Shown here: piece after piece, positions 41,701 through 53,700 of the stretch
Position numbering within the stretch: the stretch's first letter is position 1
How the letters are laid out: every line of letters starts with the position of its first letter
Source of the DNA: Macrostomum lignano
Lineage: Eukaryota
Assembly (NCBI GenBank): GCA_002269645.1
Contig: NIVC01000861.1
Span: 186,001 to 250,000, forward strand
DNA length: 64,000 nucleotides
Reading direction: 5' to 3'
Notes under the pieces: generated by a model
The model's database searches: none
What the model saw: the letters and a program-made list of their open reading frames with translations, nothing else
What the model was told of the DNA's origin: nothing
Program-made: the position numbers and the translations under genes

Positions 41701-44242
41701 GGGGGTTGTACATGTAGATACCCAATTACGCATTGTGTTTATAGAGGCTGTGGTTACCCAAAAAGAAATGTAAGTACTTATTTGCATGTATATATCTTAG
41801 TTTAGTTCCCGCTGTTAGATTATTTTATTAAAGCTTATGAAAACTTCATCAACACCTAATTAGTTAATTAAAATTTTACACGCACTGTGCAGGGCCAGCA
41901 GCTGGACGCCAAGCAACTAGATGCCGTATTATCCGAGCTGGCTGTGCTGAGTTCCCGAACCGAACTCTACCTGAGATTTGTTTCTCGCAGGTGCTTAGCA
42001 GATTGGGCAGCTGCCGATAGCAAAGGAGGCGGCAGTGGAGGCGGTGCGGCCTCGGGAGCAGCTGACTCGGAGAGCGAATCCGTAGAACAGAGGAGGCAGC
42101 GAAAATTAGATGACTTTCTAGGAAAGTGTGCCGTGACCAGGTGTATTCAGGTGAGAATACGGTTGTCATTCTTTTGTTTTTAGGCTTTTTATTGGTGTAG
42201 AAGGCTTTTTTAAACTGTGACTGATAATCTTGGATTATCCAGACAATGGGATGAGTCAGATGGATAATCCCAAAAGTCAGGTAGATAATCCTGACAGTCA
42301 GATAGAAATCCACACCGTCAGATAGATAATCCTGACAGTCAGATAAATAATCCTGACAGTCAGATAAATAATCCCAACAGTCAGGTGGATAATCCTGACA
42401 GTCAGATAAATAATCCTGACAGTCAGATAGATAATCCTGACAGTTAGATTAATAATCCCGACAGTCAGGTGGATAATCCTGACAGTCAGATAGATAATCC
42501 CGACAGTCAGGTAGATAATCCTGAGAGTCAGATAAAAAATCCTCACAGTCAGATCGATAATCCTCACAGTCAGATGGATAATCCCGACTGTCAGATGGAT
42601 AATCCCGACTGTCAGATAGATAATCCCGACTGTCAGATAGATAATCCCGACTGTCATATAGATAATCCCGACAGTCAGATGGATAATCCCGACTGTCAGA
42701 TAGATAATCCCGACTGTCAGATAGATAATCCCGACAGTCAGATAGATAATCCTGACAGTCAGATAGATAATCCCCACAGTCAGATAGATAATCCCCACAG
42801 TCAGATAGATAATCCCCACAGTCAGATAGATAATCCCCACAGTCAGATAGATAATCCTGACAGTCAGGCGGATAATCCTAATAATATATAAGCAATCCAA
42901 CTGCAGATCCGTTAATCCCCCATCTCCGCAGAAACTGGTGGACGAGTACTGCTTATTAGAAGAGCACTTCATGCGCGAGATGCTTGCCAAAGCGGTGGCC
43001 TTGGACAGCGGCGTAGGCGGCTCGGATCCCACCGACACCCGCCTCGCTGACGATGCGTTCTTCATCTTGAAGAAGTGCCTTCGCCGAGCTGTTTCAACTG
43101 GCAGCGCTGACGCCACCTGCGCCGCGTTGAACCGGGCAGCAGACGTGGCCGAAGCTCAACTGATTGGCGCGCTTCGATCCCGTCTAGGCCGCGGATTTCC
43201 CTCCGGCTGGGTGCAGGACGCCTTCGGCTCCAAGGCCAGCGTTGAAGAGGCCCGGCAGGCCTACCTGACGGCGCTCAACTGCGCCGAGGCGTGTCGCGGC
43301 AATCTGCGGGACCTCAGACGCCTGCTGGAATCCGACACCACTAGCGGGGCTGGGCGGCGGGACCGCGAGAAGCTGCTGAGCTGCCTGCAGGCGATGGACG
43401 CTGGGCTGGGCGAAGCTCTGGCCGCCATTGTGAACGAGGGTGTCGAGTGTCTGACAGAGATCTCGCTGCGGCCTCAGGTGGGTTTGCTGGAATGATGCTG
43501 GAATTCAAGTTGGAATGATGCTGGAACTCAGCCTGGAATGATGCTGGATCTCAAGCTGGAATGATGCTGGAATTCTAGAGGTTGGAATGATGCTGGAATT
43601 CTAGGGGTTGGAATGATGTAGAACTTCAGACTGGAAAGATGCTTGATTTCTACGGCTTTAATGATGCTGGAATGTTGAAATGATGTTGAAACCCCAACTC
43701 GTCAGCCAAAGCATCATCCCAAACACTGTCGATCCATTTGCGCTCAGGTGAAGCAAATCCTGGCCCCTCTGTCCAACGTGAGTCACGTGATCACAGAAGA
43801 AGAGCTCCTGGCCTACGAGGCCAGCGACCCCTGGGTGGAGGCGGCCTGCCTTCGCATTGGCCAACTGGCTGACGGATTCCAGCGCCTGCTGCTGCCGCCG
43901 CTGTTTGACACCCTGCTGCAGTCTCTGGCTGGCGAGCTGGTGCTCAGAGCCGAGAAGCTGATTGCTAGGAAACAGTTCAACAGGCTGGGGGGACTGCAGC
44001 TGGACCGGGAGGTCCGCTCTCTGGCCGCCTGCCTCAGCGCCAGGGCCGCTTGGAGTGTCCGAGATAGACTGGCCAGGCTGAGCCAGACCGCCATGCTGCT
44101 GGGTCTGGAGAGCCTGGACGAGCTGACCGCCTGCTGGTCCGACTCTGTCATGGCCTGGCGACTCACCCCGGCCGAGGTGCGGCACGTGCTGGCACTGAGG
44201 GTGGACTTCCGGCAGGATGATGTGCGGAGACTGCGGTTGTAG
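38785..44242 (+). CDS. COG4: Conserved oligomeric Golgi complex subunit 4, 771 aa
   Basis: Exons 38785-39194, 39871-40297, 41174-41353, 41893-42150, 42932-43477, 43748-44242; 2316 nt, phases consistent. Motifs TSELADRVSSKVRQLDCAKSRV, EDYEIAAAHIHRYL, IERFFKIFPLL, LADDAFFILKKCLRRA, KQFNRLGGLQLDREVR, WRLTPAEVRHVLALRVDF. Confidence 0.95.
39230..39800. repeat. AAATCC-based minisatellite (COG4 intron 1)
   Basis: aatccaaatcccaaatccttac variants. Confidence 0.92.
40325..41010. repeat. ~21-bp minisatellite (COG4 intron 2)
   Basis: Unit tttcctgttctttgagacaca. Confidence 0.95.
41375..41760. repeat. 42-bp minisatellite (COG4 intron 3)
   Basis: Unit gatacccaattaggtgttgtgtttatgagggttgtacatgca, about 9 copies. 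Confidence 0.95.
42245..42885. repeat. 21-bp minisatellite (COG4 intron 4)
   Basis: Unit agataatcctgacagtcagat. Confidence 0.95.
43490..43680. repeat. ~22-bp minisatellite (COG4 intron 5)
   Basis: tggaatgatgctggaa(ttc) variants. Confidence 0.88.
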
Positions 44243-44261
44243 GGTGAGTAGTGTCAGTTGC

Positions 44262-44712
44262 TGAGGTGCCAGCCTCCCAGATCCTCAGTCTGAGCCAGCC
44301 TCCCAGATCCTCAGTTTCTGGGCTAGCCTCCCAGATCCCCAGTAGCTGGGCCAGCCTCCCAGATCCTCAGTTGCTGTTCCACCAGTCTCCCAGATCCTCA
44401 GTTGCTGAGCCATCCTCCCAGATCTTCAGTTGCTAGGCCAGCCTCCCAGATCCTCAGTTGCTGAGCCATCCTCCCAGATCTTCAGTTGCTGGGCCAGCCT
44501 CCCAGATCCTCAGTTGCTGAGCCATCCTCCCAGATCTTCAGTTGCTAGGCCAGCCTCCCAGATCCTCAGTTGCTGAGCGATCCTCCTAGATCTTCAGTTG
44601 CTGGGCCAGCCTCCCAGATCCTCAGTTGCTGGGCCAGCCTCCCAGATCCTCAGTTGCTGGGCCAACCTTCCAGATCCTCAGTTGCTGGGCCAGCCTCCCA
44701 GACCCTCAGTTG
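44262..44712. repeat. 28-bp minisatellite just after the COG4 stop codon
   Basis: Unit ctcccagatcctcagttgctgggccagc. Confidence 0.93.
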
Positions 44713-45599
44713 CTTTCTAAAGTCTCCATTCTACAATTTTCTTCCAGCTTCGTCAACATGGTCGCTGTTTGGACTCTTTGCAAAATTGACTTGCTTAAAA
44801 GAACGATAAGAGCAAAGGAATGATTATTATTGATAATTGATGCTAAATTTCAGTTGGAGTTCTTTTTATGCATTTTTATATTCACGCGATAGACTACTGA
44901 TGACTACTTAGATAAGTATGATAGTTCGTGTTTAAAATGAATGCTTTATTAATAACTTCTAAGTGTGTTTTCGTTAGAAAAGACACTAGAAAACACACCA
45001 GTTTTTTGTTCATTGAAAGAAAGCAGTCGCTCTGCTTAAAGTACATAAATTGATGATTTTTATTGTGTCATGTTTGTTCCATACTGGTTGGATTTTTATT
45101 TTTTGTTTGCTGTTTATTCCATGTAAAATTTTTGCGGTTAATGTTAAATACACTTGGCCTGAGTTATAATAGACAATACCTTTTGTCTAACATTGGACAA
45201 TAAATTTTAATTAATAATAATTGACAAATTTCGTGTCCTGTTATATAAACTTGCTCATCTGTCTTGTGAACTGTTTCCATTGCTGACTGTGTTTATGCAA
45301 CAGTTAATTAGGCTCGAAAAAAATGTAGGCTCCAGGAAATGCATACCAATGCTTTAATTAGCAGCCGAGCTGTTATGATAATTAGCTGCGATTGTACGAA
45401 ATATTAATTATATTATTGAAATTATTGCACCCAAAACTTCTTTGACGTAGGCGGTTGTCATTTTTCCTGTCTCTTCGTCCTGCTTTCATTTTTCTGCTCC
45501 TAATTTGGATCGGCCGAATTATTCTTCTTTTTCTGTTTTGTCTTCTCTGAACCGTGACGGCTCTAGTTGCATGCAGGGGGGGACTTTATAAGAGTTTCA

Positions 45600-47435
45600 C
45601 TGCCTCCTGACACCCCACTGTCTCTTTTGACACCCCAACTGTCTCTCCTGACACTCCATTGTCTCTCCTGACAGCTCACTGTCTCTCCTGACACTTCATT
45701 GTCTTTCCTGACAGCTCACTGTCTCTCCTGACACTTCATGGCCTCTCTTGACACTTATTTGTCTTTCCTGACAGCTCACTGTCTCTCCTGACACTTCATG
45801 GCCTCTCTTGACACTTATTTGTCTCTCCTGACACTCCATTGTCTCTCCTGACAGCTCACTGTCTCTCCTGACACTTCATTGTCTTTCCTGACAGCTCACT
45901 GTCTCTCCTGACACTTCATGGCCTCTCTTGACACTCCATTGTCTCTCCTGACACTCCATTGTCTCTCCTGACACTCCATTGTCTCTCCTGACACCTAACT
46001 GTCTCTCCTGACACTTCATGGCCTCTCTTGACACTTCTTTGTCTCTCCTGACACTCCATTGTCTCTCCTGACAGCTCACTGTCTCTCTTGACACTTCATT
46101 GTCTTTCCTGACAGCTCACTGTCTCTCCTGACACTTCATGGCCTCTCTAGACACTCCATTGTCTCTCCTGACACTCCATTGTCTCTCCTGACACTCCATT
46201 GTCTCTCCTGACACTCCATTGTCTCTCCTGACACCTAACTGTCTCTCCTGACACTTCATGGCCTCTCTTGACACTTCTTTGTCTCTCCTGACACTCCATT
46301 GTCTCTCCTGACAGCTCACTGTCTCTCCTGACACTTCATTGTCTTTCCTGACAGCTCACTGTCTCTCCTGACACTTCATGGCCTCTCTTGACACTTCTTT
46401 GTCTCTCCTGACACTCCATTGTCTCTCCTGACACTCCATTGTCTCTCCTGACAGCTCACTGTCTCTCCTGACACTTTATGGCCTCTCTTGACACTCCATT
46501 GTCTCTCCTGACACTCCATTGTCTCTCCTGACACTCCATTGTCTCTCCTGACACCTAACTGTCTCTCCTGACACTTCATGGCCTCTCTTGACACTTCTTT
46601 GTCTCTCCTGACACTCCATTGTCTCTCCTGACAGCTCACTGTCTCTCTTGACACTTCATTGTCTTTCCTGACAGCTCACTGTCTCTCCTGACACTTCATG
46701 GCCTCTCTAGACACTCCATTGTCTCTCCTGACACTCCATTGTCTCTCCTGACACTCCATTGTCTCTCCTGACACTCCATTGTCTCTCCTGACACTCCATT
46801 GTCTCTCCTGACACCTAACTGTCTCTCCTGACACTTCATGGCCTCTCTTGACACTTCTTTGTCTCTCCTGACACTCCATTGTCTCTCCTGACACTTCATT
46901 GTCTCTCCTGACACCTAAGTGTCTCTCCTGACACCTAACTGTCTCTCCTGACACCCCATTGTCTCTCCTGACACCCACTGTGTCTCCTGACACCCACTGT
47001 CTCTCCTGACACCCACTGTGTCTCCTGACACCCACTGTGTCTCCTGACACCCACTGTCTCTCCTGACACCTCACTGTCTCTCCATTGACTGACACCTCAC
47101 TGTCTCTCCATTGACTGACACCTCACTGTCTCTCCATTGACTGACACCTCACTGTCTCTCCATTGACTGACACCTCACTGTCTCTCCATTGACTGACACC
47201 TCACTGTCTCTCCATTGACTGACACCTCACTGTCTCTCCATTGACTGACACCTCACTGTCTCTCCATTGACTGACACCTCACTGTCTCTCCATTGACTGA
47301 CACCTCACTGTCTCTCCATTGACTGACACCTCACTGTCTCTCCATTGACTGACACCTCACTGTCTCTCCATTGATTGACACCTCACTGTCTCTCCATTGA
47401 CTGACACCTCACTGTCTCTCCATTGACTGACACCT
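45600..47435. repeat. 20-bp minisatellite (240-bp higher order) grading into a 26-bp unit
   Basis: gtctctcctgacac(tccatt/agctcact/ttcatg); then ctcactgtctctccattgactgacac from ~47075. Confidence 0.96.
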
Positions 47436-47734
47436 ATTATCTCCCAACACCCAATTTTCCCATGAAGTCCCTGACTTCCAATCGTAACGCGCTTATTCCT
47501 CTACTATCCGTCTACAATAAGTAGTATGGAATGTAAAATTAGCTACAGAGAATGATGTTCAAACTGCTGCCCTCTTTTGATTGGCTAATAACCAACTAAT
47601 AGAGAGAAAGGTATAATATAGCCTATAAGAACGGGTTCCAGAATATAATTTAGCACAGCTAAACAATTTACAATAGAATTTGAAGCTGGACAAAAGGCAA
47701 CCCATACTGTGCTGTGCTGTGCCAATAGAATTCG

Positions 47735-50700
47735 ATGCGACGAAATCGCAAATTAGACAGACTGTGGCGTGTCTGGTACGCCCTGCTGGTGCTGCTGCTG
47801 CAGGCATTCCTGCTCTATGCAGCCGCCTGTCGCTATCTGGACTATCGGAGCCGGGCAATGAGAGAGCTGTGGCCGCAGGAGCCCATGAACTGCTATTTAG
47901 CGGCCATACTGACTGCCGGTTGCTTAGCAACGCTGTTCGCCTATGCCGCCTTCGCCTCAACTGGCAACTATGCCGACGATGGGGTGGCTCTGGGCCGGGA
48001 TCGAGTGAGCCTGCGGATGGCCATGGCTGAGGCTGGCGTGGCCGCGCCGGCTTCTGTTGCTTCTTCGAGCTGCGCTAGCAGGATGAGGCGCCACTTTCTG
48101 CCGCCAACCTGCGGCTTGCACCTGCTGATTGCGATGTGCCTGCTGGCTCCGCTGCCTGCTCTGGAGGCTCAAGCTGTGCTGCACGAGGAGGCGCCTAAAG
48201 GTATGAGCTGGAATTTGTACTGAGGTGAATTTGGAACTGATGTGTCAGAATCGGAGCTGAGATGTCAGGAGAGGAATTGAGGTGTCAGAATCGGAGCTGA
48301 GATGTCAGGAGAGGAATTGAGGTGTCAGAATCGGAGCTGAGATGTCAGGAGAGGAATTGAGGTGTCAGAATCGGAGCTGAGATGTCAGGAGAGGAATTGA
48401 GGTGTCAGAATCGGAGCTGAGATGTCAGGAGAGGAATTGAGGTGTCAGAATCGGAGCTGAGATGTCAGGAGAGGAATTGAGGTCTCAGAATCGGAGCTGA
48501 GATGTCAGGAGAGGAATTGAGGTCTCAGAATCGGAGCTGAGATGTCAGGAGAGGAATTGAGGTGTCAGAATCGGAGCTGAGATAGATGTCAGGAGAGGAA
48601 TTGAGGTGTCAGAATCGGAGCTGTAGTGTCAGGAGAGGAATTGAGGTGTCAGAATCGGAGCTGAGATGTCAGGAGAGGAATTGAGGTGTCAGAATCGGAG
48701 CTGTAGTGTCAGGAGAGGAATTGAGGTGTCAGAATCGGAGCTGAGATGTCAGGAGAGGAATTGAGGTGTCAGAATCGGAACTGTAGTGTCAGGAGAGGAA
48801 TTGAGGTGTCAGAATCGGAGCTGAGATGTCAGGAGAGGAATTGAGGTGTCAGAATTGGAACTGTGGTGTCAGGAGAGAAAGTGAGGTGTCAGGAGAGGAA
48901 GTGAAGTGTCAGAATCGGAGCTGTGGTGTCAGAAGAGAAAGTGAGGTGTCAGGAGAGAAAGTGAGGTGTCAGGAGAGGAACTGAGGTGTCAGGAGAGGAA
49001 CTGAGGTGTCAGAATCGGAACTGAGGTGTCAGGAGAGGAATTAAGGTGTTAGGAAAGGAAGTGAGGTGTCAGAATCGGAACTGAGGTGTCAGGAGAGGAA
49101 TTAAGGTGTTAGGAAAGGAAGTGAGGTGTCAGGAGAGGAATTAAGGTGTTAGGAAAGGAAGTGAGGTGTCAGGAGAGAAACTGAGGTGTCAGGAGAGGAA
49201 TTAAGGTGTTAGGAAAGGAAGTGAGGTGTCAGGAGAGGAATTAAGGTGTTAGGAAAGGAAGTGAGGTGTCAGGAGAGAAACTGAGGTGTCAGGAGAGGAA
49301 CTGAGGTGTCAGGAGAGGAATTGAGGTGTTAGGAAAGGAAGTGAGGTGTCAGGAGAGAAACTGAGGTGTCAGGAAAGGAAGTGAGGTGTCAGGAGAGAAA
49401 CTGAGGTGTCAGGAGAGGAACTGAGGTGTCAGGAGAGGAATTGAGGTGTTAGGAAAGGAAGTGAGGTGTCAGGAGAGGAACTGAGGTGTCAGGAGAGGAA
49501 CTGAGGTGTCAGGAGAGGAATTGAGGTGTTAGGAAAGGAAGTGAGGTGTCAGGAGAGAAACTGAGGTGTCAGGAGAGGAACTGAGGTGTCAGGAGAGGAA
49601 TTGAGGTGTTAGGAAAGGAAGTGAGGTGTCAGGAGAGAAACTGAGGTGTTAGGAAAGGAACTGAGGTGTCAGAATCGGAACTGAGGTGTCAGGAGAGGAA
49701 TTGAGGTGTTAGGAAAGGAAGTGAGGTGTCAGGAGAGAAACTGAGGTGTCAGGAGAGGAACTGAGGTGTCAGGAGAGGAATTGAGGTGTTAGGAAAGGAA
49801 GTGAGGTGTCAGGAGAGAAACTGAGGTGTTAGGAAAGGAACTGAGGTGTCAGAATCGGAACTGAGGTGTCAGGAGAGGAATTGAGGTGTTAGGAAAGGAA
49901 GTGAGGTGTCAGGAGAGAAACTGAGGTGTCAGGAGAGGAAATGAGGTGTCAGAATCGGAACTAAGGTGTCAGGAGAGAAACTGAGGTGTCAGGAGAGAAA
50001 CTGGGTGTCAGGAAAGGAAGTGAGGTGTCAGAATCGGAACTGAGGTGTCAGGAGAGGAAGTGAGGTGTCAGGAGAGAAACTGAGGTGTCAGGAGAGAAAC
50101 TGAGGTGTCAAGAGAGGAACTGAGGTGTCAGGAAAGGAAGTGAGGTGTCAGGAAAGAAAGTGAGGCGTCGGGATTTCGAATTGAGAATTCCAGTGAACGC
50201 TACGAGTATGTCAGTGTATTTTCGGTACTATGAAGTTTTACTGATATCAGAATAAGGATAAGGATTTAGCTCTCTGCTAAAAGATTTAGAAAACAAAGAG
50301 CTTTCTCCCATTGGCCGGGCACAAATTTAAAAGGGATCATGCAGGCTAAAAAATACCGATCACAGAGCGAGAGCCACGCCCTTTAATGCTTTGTCCTCAA
50401 ATGGCTCTATCGCATGTAGCACTAAGCTAGCAACACGGGGTGTTCTTTGTGTCCTTTGTGTTAAATGCTGTGCTTCAAATCAGTTTGTTAAGTCTAAACC
50501 ATGCCATTCTCTTTCTTGTCTTTGCGTTGTAGTAACGATTTCATTCGAGTTTGGGAGGCGGGGAGCACATGGGGTGTTTTATTATACGATAAACATGTGT
50601 AGTCTTAGTATTATAGAGATTCCTTTTTATGATGTCGGGTCTAAATTTTAATCCCATAGAAATGTAGGAATTGAAGCAGATCAAGCACTTCATAGTCCTT

Positions 50701-53700
50701 GTTTCGCCATCTCCTTGATTCTGCACCCTTTTGCCCTGATCTGCTTGCGGTATTGCAAGCGTATTGGGAAGATTATTGTCATGCTTTAGGCTCTCCTATC
50801 CCATATTTAGTTTACCACAATTCCTTTGCTCCGCGGGTGATTTATAATATAAAGGCAGTTTGCCGTGTCGTGTCCCAGTTTGCTGCTGTCTTGCTACCAT
50901 CTGTCCTGCTCTGACACACGACCCCTGTGAGAGGGGTGAGCGCTTTGTTGGGTTATGCACATAAAAGGACGCTACATTCGAGTTTCTTAGCAATGAGCCC
51001 AGAATGCATAGCGCTGAATATGGTTTGGCCATAGACAAATTCAGTCGAGTAGAAAGCCGATTTGTCTAGTGAAGCATAGCTAAATGCCTCTCTTAGGCAT
51101 CCGGCTTATTTCTAATAAAATCGGTTTTAGCGTGTGCTTCTGGTTCATTTGTCTATGGTATCACGTAGATCAGATCAGGGGTTGACAAGCTCCGGCCCGC
51201 AACGCCTCTGTCCGGCCCTCGGGTCCTTTGAAAATTCGCAATAGCAATCATCTCTCTCATCTCCCCTCTCTCCTCTCTCCCCTCCTCTCCTCTCTCCCCT
51301 CCTCTTCCCTCTTTTCTCTTCTCTCTCATCCCCCTCTCTACTCAATTCTTTCTCATCTTCCCTCTCTCCTTAATTCTTTCTCATCTTCCCTCTCTCCTCA
51401 ATTCTTTCTCATCTTCCCTCTCTCCTCAATTCTTTCTCATCTTCCCTCTCTCCTCAATTCTTTCTCATCTTCCCTCTCTCCTCAATTCTTTCTCATCTTC
51501 CCTATCTCCTCAATTCTCTCTCATCTCACCTCTCTCCTCTTCTCTCTCATCCCCTTCTCCCCTCAATTCTTTCTCATCTCCCCCCTCTCCTCTCCTCTTC
51601 TCTCTCGTCTCCCCCCTCTCTTCTCTTCTCTCTCGTCTCTCTGGCCCGCAATAACTTAAAGTTCGCCAACCCCTGATGTAGAAAGATAAATAGTGCAGTT
51701 TCAGCTATTAGATTAAATCAAAACGAGCGGCTAATGTCAAGGTTCGCTCGGGTTCTGCTTGACCTCACGCCCCGATTCCTGCATGCCTTGCTGTCCCCAT
51801 ATTGTCCCATAAAAGCTCAGCAGATCGGGGCAGGACATTTTTTAACCCTGCAGCCCATAAAGACTGTCTCTTGCTTTGCTTATAGAGAGAGATCAGATGC
51901 AACCAACCCTCGGTTGAGCTGACTTCCCCATGGCATCGTATTGAGTATCGTCTTATCGCTGTGATCTACTTTGCATTGCCCCTACCTGCATGCCTACCTG
52001 CCCGCCTGTCTTCGAGCGTTTCCGCCCTTTGTGGCCAGGCCATGCAAACATAAAATTGCTTGACCTATGAGCCTGATCTAGGAAGCTGGAGTCTCTCAAT
52101 ATCAGGCTATTCTCATCTCTACATCTAACTACTTTACCTGGATTCGTCTTGCAGATTCTAAGTATGCTAGAAGAAAAAATACTGATCGATTATGCATACA
52201 TAATTTCATTCTCAGATGCCTGATGTATCTCATAATTTTAATGTACACATTTATTTTGACTAATATATTTTGCCGTCAACTATTTTGTAGGCTGTCTAAT
52301 TTGACTACTCCGTTCTCTACTCTGTCTACTTTGTCTACTTTGTCTACTCTGTCTACTTTGACTACTGAATTCTCTACTCTGTATTTTGACCATTCCGTTC
52401 TGTATTCTGTCTACCCTGTCTACTTTGTCTACTATGTCTACTTTGACTACTGCATTCTCTACTCTGTCTACTCTGTCTACTCTGTCTACTTTGACTACTC
52501 CCTTCTCTACTCTGTCTACTCTGTCTACTTTGACTACTCCCTTCTGTACTCTGTCTACCATGTCTACTATGCCTACTTCTACTTTCTTTTACTATTCTGT
52601 TTCCTCAATATACCCTAATGCGAATCACTTTCAAGACGATTTCGGCTAACCATTATTTTTTTCAGATCCTTTAGAAGTTTCCGAAAGCGCATATTTTCTA
52701 CATAAAAGACCCCACCTTCGCTTTAATTTTCTAACATTGATACAATAGAGTAGCCCCCCCCCCACAGTCCCAACAAAATCAATCACCCATTAGCAGGTCG
52801 CGCATTAATCTGACAGGTCACGCAATATTATAACTCTGACTCTGAGTAAACAGCTCAACATGCTCGTAGGCGGATTTCTGTTAAAGACGAAACAGATCGC
52901 GATTTTGTGAACACTGGATACGGCTACTTAGCCTTAGTTATTCATGTGTGCCGTGTCAGTAAATCCTTTACTAAATTTCTAGAGAAATTGCTTCAAATTT
53001 GCAAATCTTGAGAAAGGCTCAATCGGTTAGTCTTGTAACCTTCTTTCTTTCACATTCTCTCCTCTCGTCTCCTCTCCTCTCGTCTCCTCTCCTCTCGTCT
53101 CGTCTCCTCTCCTCTCCTCTCCTCTCCTCTCCTCTCCTCTCCTCTCCTCTCCTCTCCTCTCCTCTCCTCTCCTCTCCTCTCCTCTCCTCTCCTCTCCTCT
53201 CCTCTCCTCTCCTCTCCTCTCCTCTCCTCTCCTCTCCTCTCCTCTCCTCTCCTCTCCTCTCCTCTCCTCTCCTCTCCTCTCCTCTCCTCTCCTCTCCTCT
53301 CCTCTCCTCTCCTCTCCTCTCCTCTCCTCTCCTCTCCTCTCCTCTCCTCTCCTCTCCTCTCCTCTCCTCTCCTCTCCTCTCCTCTCCTCTCCTCTCTCCT
53401 CTCCCTCTCCTCTCCTCTCCCTCCTCTCCTCTCTCCCTCCTCTCCTCCTCCCCTCCTCTCCTCTACTCTCCTCTCCTCTCTCCTCCCTCCTCTCCTCTAC
53501 TCTCCTCTCCTCTCCTCTCCTCTCCTCTTCTCTCCTCTCTCTCCTCTCCTCTCCTCTCCTCTCCTCTCCTCTCCTCTCCTCTCCTCTCCTCTCCTCTCCT
53601 CTCCTGTCCTCTCCTCTCCTCTCCTCTCCTCTCCTCTCCTCTCCTCTCCCTCTGTCCTCTCCTCTCCTCTCCTGTCCTCTCCTCTCCTCTCCTCTCCTCT

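Noticed and set aside
45574-47473. TIR element enclosing the 20-bp array (cagggggggacttt / atgaagtccctg)
   Set aside because: The terminal match is short and imperfect and there is no TSD.
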